From contig JAUQPQ010000002.1 of assembly GCA_030550295.1 (NCBI GenBank), positions 1 through 58,641 of the forward strand: a stretch of 58,641 nucleotides of DNA, given 5' to 3'. This stretch comes from Chloroflexota bacterium (GTDB lineage Bacteria > Chloroflexota > Dehalococcoidia > SM23-28-2 > HRBIN24). Shown one piece after another: positions 17,199-24,746 of the stretch. Every line of letters begins with the position of its first letter. Position 1 is the stretch's first letter. The position numbers and the translations under genes were made by a program. The notes beneath the pieces are model-generated. The model was not told where the DNA came from and did not search any database. It was given only the letters and a program-made list of their open reading frames with translations.

Positions 17199-18224
17199 AT
17201 GCTAGGCCGAAAGATAGCCGTAGACCTGGGAACAGCCAACGTCTTGGTATACGTCAAAGGCCGGGGCATCGTCATCAATGAGCCTTCGGTGGTGGCCATC
17301 TCCCGTCACAATAACTCTATAGTGGCCGTAGGCAACGATGCCAAAGAGCTCCAGGGCCGAACCCCCGAGGCTATTGAGGTGGTACGCCCCATGCGCCACG
17401 GGGTAGTGGCCGATTACCCCACCACCGAGGCGATGCTCCGCTACTTCCTAGGCAAGACGATAGGTCGCCTCTCCCTGGTCAGGCCTGAGGTAGCGGTATG
17501 CGCCCCTGTGGGCGCCACTGAGGTGGAGCGTCGGGCAGTGAGGGAAGCTTGCGAAGCAGCAGGGGCCCGCCGCCCAGTGCACGTCATACCCGAGCCCCTA
17601 GCAGCAGCCTTGGGGGCCCGCCTCCCTGTGGACCTTCCCCAAGGCAACATGGTGCTAGACATAGGAGGAGGAAGGGCCGAGGCGGCCGTCATCTCCTTTT
17701 ACGGGATAGTGGCCGCCGCCTCAATAAGGGTAGCAGGCGACCGCTTCGATGGGGCCATCGCCTCCTACGTGAGGCGCCGCCATGGCGTGATCATCAGCGA
17801 TCGCATGGCCGAGGAGATAAAGATAGCCGTAGGCAGCGCCATACCCTTGGAAGAGGAGCTCACGTGCGAGGTGAGAGGCAGGGACCAGGCCACCGGCCTA
17901 CCCCGAACGGTGGAGATCACGTCCACAGAGATATGTCAGGTCCTCCAGGACCCCCTGGAGGCCATAATAGCTATGCTGCGCTCAGTCTTTGAGAGGACGC
18001 CTCCTGAGCTCATCTCAGACATTGTGGACCACGGCATCGTCTTGGTAGGGGGTGGAGCCCTTCTCCGTCACCTGGATTACCGTATAACCCGGGAAACAGG
18101 CGTCCCCTGTCACGTGGCCGAAAACCCGATGGAGTGCGTAGTCCTAGGGGCAGGCATCGCCTTGGACCATATGGACCTGATCAGGCGCGCCCTACCTGAG
18201 GAAGAGTGGGTCCCTGCCCTGTAG
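17199..18224 (+). CDS. mreB: Rod shape-determining protein MreB
   Basis: Actin-fold motifs IAVDLGTANVLVYV, MVLDIGGGRAEAAVI, GIVLVGGGALL. ORF trimmed to ATG 17199. Confidence 0.9.
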   Translation: MLGRKIAVDLGTANVLVYVKGRGIVINEPSVVAISRHNNSIVAVGNDAKELQGRTPEAIEVVRPMRHGVVADYPTTEAMLRYFLGKTIGRLSLVRPEVAVCAPVGATEVERRAVREACEAAGARRPVHVIPEPLAAALGARLPVDLPQGNMVLDIGGGRAEAAVISFYGIVAAASIRVAGDRFDGAIASYVRRRHGVIISDRMAEEIKIAVGSAIPLEEELTCEVRGRDQATGLPRTVEITSTEICQVLQDPLEAIIAMLRSVFERTPPELISDIVDHGIVLVGGGALLRHLDYRITRETGVPCHVAENPMECVVLGAGIALDHMDLIRRALPEEEWVPAL

Positions 18225-18854
18225 GAACCTTACCCCCTCTTGCCCTTTCAGATAGTAGGTCATAGTCTCCAGCAAGACTACCGGGTCAATACGCCTCACT
18301 TGCACCCCTGGGGGCACTCGAGGCGTCATGGGAGCATAGTTGAGGATGGCCCTCACCCCCGCCCGTACCAGCCGGTCTATAACCTCCTGGGCCGCCTCTG
18401 GGGGAACTGCCACAACGCCTATGTCCACTGGCTCCTGCGCCAGCGTCTCTTCCAGTTCCCGCACGTGACGCACCACTAGAGACTCGAACTTGCGGCCCAC
18501 TACCTCAGGATCTACATCGAAGGCGTGGACGATGTGGAAGCCCTGGGGAGCAAACCCCTCGTAGGACAAGATGGCTCGCCCTAACCTCCCTACGCCTACC
18601 AGGGCCATACGCCACTGCCGGTCCAGCCCCAGGATTTGTCGGATGCTCCCCAAAAGCCCCGCCACATTGTAGCCCCGCCCCTGCTTGCCAAAGCGACCAA
18701 AGTAGCTCAGGTCCTTGCGGATCTGAGCAGGAGTGATCCCTAAAGCTTCCCCCAAACGTTGAGAGCTTACTACCTCTTCCCCCTTTTGGGCCAAAGCCTC
18801 TAGCGCCTGGGCATACAGGGGGAGCCGAGCAATCACCACTCCCGGAATCTCCAC
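18192..18854 (-). CDS. rex: Redox-sensing transcriptional repressor Rex
   Basis: IARLPLYAQAL...VSSQRLGEALGITPAQIRKDLSYFGRFGKQGRGYNV winged helix plus a Rossmann domain (LVGVGRLGRAIL). GTG start preceded by AGGAGGGG. Confidence 0.9.
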   Translation of the reverse strand: MEIPGVVIARLPLYAQALEALAQKGEEVVSSQRLGEALGITPAQIRKDLSYFGRFGKQGRGYNVAGLLGSIRQILGLDRQWRMALVGVGRLGRAILSYEGFAPQGFHIVHAFDVDPEVVGRKFESLVVRHVRELEETLAQEPVDIGVVAVPPEAAQEVIDRLVRAGVRAILNYAPMTPRVPPGVQVRRIDPVVLLETMTYYLKGQEGVRFLQGRDPLFLR

Positions 18855-18878
18855 AGCCCCTCCTGTGTTAAGGGGGAT

Positions 18879-18896
18879 TTGTGCTATTTATAACAT
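18879..18896. promoter_or_regulatory. Weak Rex-operator-like palindrome overlapping the rex -10 box
   Basis: TTGTGCTATTTATAACAT versus TTGTGAA-N4-TTCACAA gives 9 of 14 specified positions. It sits in a conspicuously AT-rich patch. Confidence 0.3.
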
Positions 18897-18915
18897 TTTT
18901 TGGCCCCGCTGTCAA
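18887..18915 (-). promoter_or_regulatory. Sigma70-type promoter candidate for rex
   Basis: On the minus strand: TTGACA (18915-18910), exactly 17-nt spacer, TATAAA (18892-18887), about 30 nt upstream of the rex GTG. Confidence 0.45.
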
Positions 18916-18921
18916 AGGCGC

Positions 18922-19944
18922 TTACAGCTCTTGGATGGACCGCACCAGGGCCCTGGCCACATCGTCGTCCATCCCTAGGCGGCCGGGGAAGGCTAGGCTC
19001 ACGGTGGTAACGACCCCTCCCCACCGCTCTTTGAGCTGGGGGGCGATCTCATCGGGCGTCCCTATGATGGCGAACTCTTTGAGGATGTCATCAGTAATTA
19101 GGCGGGCCATCTCCTGCCACTTCCCCTCCAGGGAGAGCTGGTGGAGGCGTAGACCCAGTTCTCCCCATCCGTGGGCCTCCAAGACTCCCAAGTACGTCCT
19201 GGTGGAGCCATAAAAGGCTACCTGGGAACGAGTAGCCTCTTTCAACCTCTCCACCTCTTCACGGTTGCGCCCGGTGATAACGAAGCCGCCACCCACCACG
19301 TCTATCTCTTTCACATCGCGCCCTGCCTTCTTGGCCCCAGCCTCCAAGTTGGGGAGTATCACTTCCCGCGTGTACTTGAGGGTGTTGAAGCCATGGAGGC
19401 GTACGCCATCGCAGAGCTCTCCGGCCAAGCGGCACATATAAGGCCCCACCGCAGAGATGTATATGGGGACATGGGGGTGCTCGATAGGCCCAGCGTTGAA
19501 GAAGGGGTTTATAAGGGTGAATTGATAGTACTTGCCCTGGTAACGGGGAGGGGCATTGTTCTGGAAGGTGTCGAAGATGGCCCGTAAGCACTTTATGTAC
19601 TCCCTTAGACGGGGCCCAGGCGGGCCCACCCAGGGGGTAGAGTAGCGACGCTCGTTGTGCCCCTTTACCTGAGTGCCTAGGCCCAACCGGAACCTGCCGT
19701 TCGATAGGTACTGCAGGTCCCAGGCGATCTGGGCAGTGACGAAGGGGCTCCGGGGAAAGGCGATGGCTACCGAGGTGCCAAGGTATATACGCTGGGTATG
19801 CTCAGCGGCTACGAGGAGGGGGAAAAAGGGGTCATGGCCCGTTTCAGCAGTGATAACGCCATCAAATCCTAAGGCCTCCGCCCTCTGGGCCGATTCCTTT
19901 ATCTCCTGGAACGTGCGACCTACAATACCGGTCTCTACCCTCAT
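18922..19944 (-). CDS. LLM-class (luciferase-like) F420-dependent oxidoreductase
   Basis: 340 aa TIM-barrel LLM pattern (GFDGVITAETGHDPF, RFRLGLGTQVKGHNERRY). Confidence 0.6.
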   Translation of the reverse strand: MRVETGIVGRTFQEIKESAQRAEALGFDGVITAETGHDPFFPLLVAAEHTQRIYLGTSVAIAFPRSPFVTAQIAWDLQYLSNGRFRLGLGTQVKGHNERRYSTPWVGPPGPRLREYIKCLRAIFDTFQNNAPPRYQGKYYQFTLINPFFNAGPIEHPHVPIYISAVGPYMCRLAGELCDGVRLHGFNTLKYTREVILPNLEAGAKKAGRDVKEIDVVGGGFVITGRNREEVERLKEATRSQVAFYGSTRTYLGVLEAHGWGELGLRLHQLSLEGKWQEMARLITDDILKEFAIIGTPDEIAPQLKERWGGVVTTVSLAFPGRLGMDDDVARALVRSIQEL

Positions 19945-19975
19945 CGTTTCCTCCTTGATCCTTCAAGACGCCTTC

Positions 19976-20005
19976 ATTCTAGGGCCTTAAAGTATGCCCC
20001 CGCAA
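19976..20005 (-). promoter_or_regulatory. Sigma70-type promoter candidate for the LLM oxidoreductase gene
   Basis: Minus strand: TTGCGG (20005-20000), 18-nt spacer, TAGAAT (19981-19976), then AAGGAGGA before ATG 19944. Confidence 0.35.
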
Positions 20006-20009
20006 GATA

Positions 20010-20882
20010 TCAGGGACTACCCAGGAAGGAGACGATCTCCTTATTGACTAGCTCTGGCTGCTCCCGCATGAGGAAGTGGCCAGCCTGGGGTACTTTTCGA
20101 AAAGTTAGACGAGGGAAGAACTCCTGCAAGCGGTCGCTCCAGGCCACAGGCAGGATGGGGTCAGCTTCTGCCCAAAGGACCAGGGTGAGCACTTCCACCT
20201 TGGCCGGGGGGGCGGCCCCTGTGCGAAAGATCGCCCTGTAGCAGTTGAAGCCACCCTTTAGGGCACCTGGCTGGGAAAAGGCATCTACATAGCGCTCTAG
20301 CTCCTCCTCCGTCCATATATCCTTGCGGTAAGACCAATGAGTAAGGAAGTGGCGCAAGTAGGCCTTGGTAGCCTGCCTGGAGGAGCCCACTAACTCCTCG
20401 GCCAAGGAGAGCTGGTGGAAGAACATGTACCATACCTCAAACAGGTGGTTTAGCTGGAACCACCTGGCCCCTATGCCGCCATAGGGAGGGTTGAACAGGA
20501 CCAGCTTTTCCACCCGCTGAGGGTGGAGGACGGCCAGCTGCTGGGCCCAAATGGCCCCAAAGTCATGGGCCACTAGGCAGGCCTTAGGGAAGCCTAGATG
20601 GTCCATTAAGGCCACTAAGTCCTGGGCGAAGTGGGAGGGCGTATAGGCCTCCTCTGGGGGCAGATCAGGCTTTTCAGTGTAGGCGTAGCCTCGCATATCG
20701 GGGGCCACCACATCGAAATACTGGGAAAGGGGGCCTATGTTGGGCTGCCACTCATAGTAGAAGCCGGGCCAGCCGTGGACCAGGATGACAGGGGGCCCAC
20801 TCCCTTCCCGTACATAGTGGTAGCGTAAGCCATTGATGGAGGCCTCAAAGTGGCGGAAGCCATCGTTGGGATATCCGGGCAT
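20010..20882 (-). CDS. Alpha/beta hydrolase, epoxide-hydrolase-like
   Basis: ILVHGWPGFYYEW (HGWP motif) and nucleophile elbow LVAHDFGA. ORF 20010-20933 trimmed to the ATG that lies 8 nt after GGAGG (MPGYPNDG...). Confidence 0.7.
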   Translation of the reverse strand: MPGYPNDGFRHFEASINGLRYHYVREGSGPPVILVHGWPGFYYEWQPNIGPLSQYFDVVAPDMRGYAYTEKPDLPPEEAYTPSHFAQDLVALMDHLGFPKACLVAHDFGAIWAQQLAVLHPQRVEKLVLFNPPYGGIGARWFQLNHLFEVWYMFFHQLSLAEELVGSSRQATKAYLRHFLTHWSYRKDIWTEEELERYVDAFSQPGALKGGFNCYRAIFRTGAAPPAKVEVLTLVLWAEADPILPVAWSDRLQEFFPRLTFRKVPQAGHFLMREQPELVNKEIVSFLGSP

Positions 20883-20978
20883 GCCCATCACCTCCGATGA
20901 TCTTTGGCTCCAAGGGACCGTCGCCCTTGTCACGGGCCCACTGGCCCTTTAACATGAGACTACCTGGAGGTAAACGCC

Positions 20979-22358
20979 ATGGCAACGGTGGTGGAGCTCC
21001 CGTTCGGCACCCAGACGGTCTCCGTGGAGCTGCCAGATGGCGCCTCAGTGGTAGGAGGAGGCGACGGACGTCCCCGTCTGCCCCCTGTGGCCGACCAGGC
21101 CCAGGCAGTACGGGATGCCCTAGCTAACCCTTTGGGCATGCCCCGTGTAGGGGAGCTAGTGAGGCCAGGGGCACGGGTCCTTATCGCCTTCGATGATCCC
21201 ACGGTGCCGTCCTTCGGGCCGGTACGATGGCTAGCCATAGAGTACCTACTAGGAGAGCTGAAGCAGGCAGGGGTAAAGGAAGAAGATGTAACGCTACTGT
21301 GTGCCAACGCCCTGCACCGCAAGTGGCGGCCCCATGAACTCGCCTCCGTCCTCGGCCAAGAGCTGGTAGACCGCTTCCAAGACCGCCTAATCTGCCACGA
21401 TGCCGAAGACCCAGAAAACCTGGTCTACCTGGGCACCACCGCCAACGGCTACGACGTGGAAGTGCACCGCCTGGTAGCCGACTGCGACCTCACCATATAC
21501 GTCAACGCTGCCTGTCACCTGGGGTTCAACGGGGGCTGGAAGTCTATCGTTGTGGGCCTCTCTACATGGCGCTCCATCCGTTGGACCCACACCCCTGACG
21601 GGATGAGTATGTCTATCCACGACAACCGCATGCACCAGGTGCTTACGGAGATGGGGGAACACCTGGCCGCCCAGCTGGGGCATCCCATCTTCAAGGTGGA
21701 GACGGTGCTTGCTAATGCCTACACAATAGGCAAAATCTGGGCGGGAAGCATACCTGCAACTAGGGCAGCAGCTCTGCAGGTGCTTTCCCAGCTATATCCT
21801 CCTCGGCGTAGCGAGGCTCCCCAGCGATACGACATCGTAGTCTACGGGGTTCCCGCCTGGAGTCCTTACGCCACTTTTGCCAAGATGAACCCCATCCTCA
21901 CCCTTATCTCCTCTGGTCTAGGCTATCTTGGAGGCTACATCGATGCCCTAGGGAAGCCGGGGTGCTCCGTCATAATGGCCACTCCCTGCCCGGAGGAATG
22001 GGATATGGTGCACCACCCCGCCTACAAGGAGGTATGGGAGAGGGTGCTCACTAGGACTCGTGACCCTTATGAGATAAATGCCCTATTTCTGGACGAATTC
22101 GCCACCCGCAGCGACTATATAGAGCAGTACAGGTTTGGCTATGCCTACCATCCGGTGCACGCCATTCTGGCCACTCACCCTCTACGGCGACTGCGCCACG
22201 CCGCCCGCATATATGTGGCCGGAGCCCAAGACCCAGCTGTGCCCCGCCATTTGGGCTTCATACCTACAGCCACCGTAGAGGAGGCGATAGCCCAGGCCCG
22301 TCGCTTCCACGGGCCTGACGCCTCTATAGTTTGCATCGCCCGTTTTCCGGGGACGTGA
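20979..22358 (+). CDS. LarA-like (lactate racemase N-terminal domain/DUF2088) protein
   Basis: 459 aa. The N-terminal pattern ELPFGTQTVSVELPD...VLIAFDDPT is typical of LarA-family proteins. GGAGGT sits 7 nt upstream of the ATG. Confidence 0.5.
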   Translation: MATVVELPFGTQTVSVELPDGASVVGGGDGRPRLPPVADQAQAVRDALANPLGMPRVGELVRPGARVLIAFDDPTVPSFGPVRWLAIEYLLGELKQAGVKEEDVTLLCANALHRKWRPHELASVLGQELVDRFQDRLICHDAEDPENLVYLGTTANGYDVEVHRLVADCDLTIYVNAACHLGFNGGWKSIVVGLSTWRSIRWTHTPDGMSMSIHDNRMHQVLTEMGEHLAAQLGHPIFKVETVLANAYTIGKIWAGSIPATRAAALQVLSQLYPPRRSEAPQRYDIVVYGVPAWSPYATFAKMNPILTLISSGLGYLGGYIDALGKPGCSVIMATPCPEEWDMVHHPAYKEVWERVLTRTRDPYEINALFLDEFATRSDYIEQYRFGYAYHPVHAILATHPLRRLRHAARIYVAGAQDPAVPRHLGFIPTATVEEAIAQARRFHGPDASIVCIARFPGT

Positions 22359-22359
22359 G

Positions 22360-23202
22360 CTACACCTGGAGGCCCAGGAGGCGGGCAGCGTTATCTCGGA
22401 GGATCTTGGGGCGCACCTCATCCCGGAAGGGAGCCTCCTGGAAGTCCCTTATCCAGCGCTCGGGCGTGATGAAGGGATAGTCAGAGCCGAAAAGGACCTT
22501 GTCCTGCAAGAGGGTGTTGGCGTACTGGATGAGCTGGGGCGCAAAGTATCTGGGAGAATAACCAGAGAGGTCCATAAAAACGTTGCCCTTGTGCACCAGG
22601 ACAGCCAGTTGTTCGTCCACCCAAGGGAAGGCAGGGTGGGCCATAATTATGGTAAGCTCTGGGAAGTCGGCGGCCACATCGTCGATGTGGGGGATAGGCT
22701 GGCAATACTTGAACTTGATCCCTCCTCCGCCCCCCATACCTCCCCCTATACCGGTCATGCCGGTGTGGAAGATGACAGGGACGCCCAGCTTGGCTATCCC
22801 TTCCCATAAGGGGTAGAAGCGATGGTCATTGGGGTAGAACTCTTGCAGGGTAGGGTGAAACTTCACACCCTGCAGGCCTAGCTCCTCTATGCTACGGCGC
22901 ACTTCATCGATAGCCCGCTTCCCCTTCCACGGGTCTACGCAGCAGAAGCCTATGAACTGCTTAGGGTAGCGGCGCACTATCTCAGCTATTGTGTCGTTGG
23001 TTACTGGGGGCAGGCCGGTGGCAGCCTCCCAGTCTTCGGCCAAGAGGACGCCTATAATGTCCTTTTCGGCATAGTACTGGGCCATCGCCTCGACGCCTGC
23101 TGGCGTGGGAGGGGCCCGGAAGTAGGAGCGGCTCGCCTCCATGAGGGGGTGGGACACGTCGGGCCTGGGGAGGTGTACGTGCATATCGATGGCCTTTACC
23201 AT
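22360..23202 (-). CDS. Amidohydrolase family (amidohydrolase-2/ACMSD-like) protein
   Basis: IDMHVHL metal motif, GVKFHP, VIFHTG, and FGSDYPF near the C-terminus. GGAGGA sits 5 nt upstream of the ATG. Confidence 0.7.
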   Translation of the reverse strand: MVKAIDMHVHLPRPDVSHPLMEASRSYFRAPPTPAGVEAMAQYYAEKDIIGVLLAEDWEAATGLPPVTNDTIAEIVRRYPKQFIGFCCVDPWKGKRAIDEVRRSIEELGLQGVKFHPTLQEFYPNDHRFYPLWEGIAKLGVPVIFHTGMTGIGGGMGGGGGIKFKYCQPIPHIDDVAADFPELTIIMAHPAFPWVDEQLAVLVHKGNVFMDLSGYSPRYFAPQLIQYANTLLQDKVLFGSDYPFITPERWIRDFQEAPFRDEVRPKILRDNAARLLGLQV

Positions 23203-23318
23203 TATTCCTCCTCTCGGAATCCTATTGCTTCTCCTTCAGTTCTACATGCCCTACCATATCCTTGCAAGGGATGGAGAGGTCAAAGTATCCCCCACTGGAC
23301 CAGGATGGGAGGTAACCC

Positions 23319-24746
23319 TTGTTGGAAGGGGTCTCCTTTGAGGGGAGGGCAGGGCCCGAGGATGTGGGGAGGCAGCGCTATATCTACTTGCCCTTTCAGG
23401 TGCCACCTGGGACAAGGCGCATATCGGTACGTTATTGGTTCAACGATCCTGTAACAGCACCCCTGGGCACTGGCCCTGGCAACACTGTTGACATCGGCAT
23501 CTTCGACCCAAGGGGCATCCAATTTCCAGAGGCCCCAGGGTTCAGGGGCTGGAGCGGGTCAGCTAAGAGGGAGTTCTTCATCACTGCCACCGCGGCCACC
23601 CCAGGCTACATCCCCGGCCCCATCTTTCCCGGGCAGTGGCATATCGTTTTAGGGTTCGAGCGCGTGCAGGAGGAGGGGGTTCACTACCGGGTGGAGATAG
23701 AGCTGGAGAAGGGGGGCTCCGCCCCTTCTGAGGAGCTGCGAGAGACCAGGCCTTCCCCTAGGCCTTCCAAGTTGAGAGGAGGACGCTTCCTCCGGGGAGA
23801 CCTCCATTGCCACAGCGTCCATTCCGATGGCCTTAACACGGTGGAAGAATTGGTGCAAGAGGCCATCGCCTTGGGGCTGGACTTCTTGGCGGTAACCGAC
23901 CACAACACTTGCACCCATCACGCCCATTTAGCCTCCCTTTCCCACCTGCCCATCATCCTCATCCCAGGGGAGGAGGTGACCACCTACTGGGGACACGCCA
24001 ACACTTGGGGTCTTCGCCAGTTCGTAGACTTCCGCTGTACAGACGCTGAGTCTATGAAGACCCTGATGCGTTTCGTACAGGATAGGGGCGGGCTCATATC
24101 CATCAATCACCCTAAAAGCGTAGGGCCTCCCTGGCTTCTGGACTGGGAGGGATTCCAATGCATGGAGGTGTGGCAGGCCCCTTGGCGCTTCTACAACTGG
24201 GAGTCCCTTGAGCAATGGGACCTACTCCTTTGCCAAGGAGGACGGGTAGTCGCCGTGGGGGGAAGCGACGTCCACTCTATACCCCCAGCCCCCCCACTCC
24301 ATCCCCATGGCCTTGGTAACCCCACCACCTGGGTCTATGTCCCCCAGCTCGAGGCCGGAGAAGAAGACGTCCTGGATGCTATCAGGAAGGGCCATGTGTT
24401 CATTTCGGCTGACCCTCATGGTCCTGAGCTGATCCTTGAGGCCGACACCGACGACGATGGCCACTTTGAGGTCCTAATGGGCGATTCGATCACAGCTCCA
24501 GACGATCGTCCCCTCTCATTTAGGGTGCATGTGCGGGGAGGCCAGAGCCGACGCCTCTGGATAGTAAGTGATGGGGCAGTGGCCCACATCGTCCCCCTTG
24601 AGGAAGAAGAGACGATCTACCATTTCCGGCTGGCATGTAGTGGCCGTCGCTATGTGCGGGCAGAGCTCCGCGGGCCTAGGGGACGGCCTGAACGAGGGGA
24701 AGTAGTATGGGCCCTCACTAACCCCATTTGGTTCTCTCAAACATGA
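23319..24746 (+). CDS. CehA/McbA-family PHP-domain metallohydrolase
   Basis: GDLHCHSVHSDG and LAVTDHNT PHP motifs after an N-terminal beta domain. The start is uncertain (TTG 23319). Confidence 0.65.
   Translation: MLEGVSFEGRAGPEDVGRQRYIYLPFQVPPGTRRISVRYWFNDPVTAPLGTGPGNTVDIGIFDPRGIQFPEAPGFRGWSGSAKREFFITATAATPGYIPGPIFPGQWHIVLGFERVQEEGVHYRVEIELEKGGSAPSEELRETRPSPRPSKLRGGRFLRGDLHCHSVHSDGLNTVEELVQEAIALGLDFLAVTDHNTCTHHAHLASLSHLPIILIPGEEVTTYWGHANTWGLRQFVDFRCTDAESMKTLMRFVQDRGGLISINHPKSVGPPWLLDWEGFQCMEVWQAPWRFYNWESLEQWDLLLCQGGRVVAVGGSDVHSIPPAPPLHPHGLGNPTTWVYVPQLEAGEEDVLDAIRKGHVFISADPHGPELILEADTDDDGHFEVLMGDSITAPDDRPLSFRVHVRGGQSRRLWIVSDGAVAHIVPLEEEETIYHFRLACSGRRYVRAELRGPRGRPERGEVVWALTNPIWFSQT

Noticed and set aside
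18192-18224. 33-nt convergent overlap of the mreB and rex 3' ends.
   Set aside because: Both C-termini are plausible and nothing structured is visible in the overlap. It was noted only as compact gene packing.
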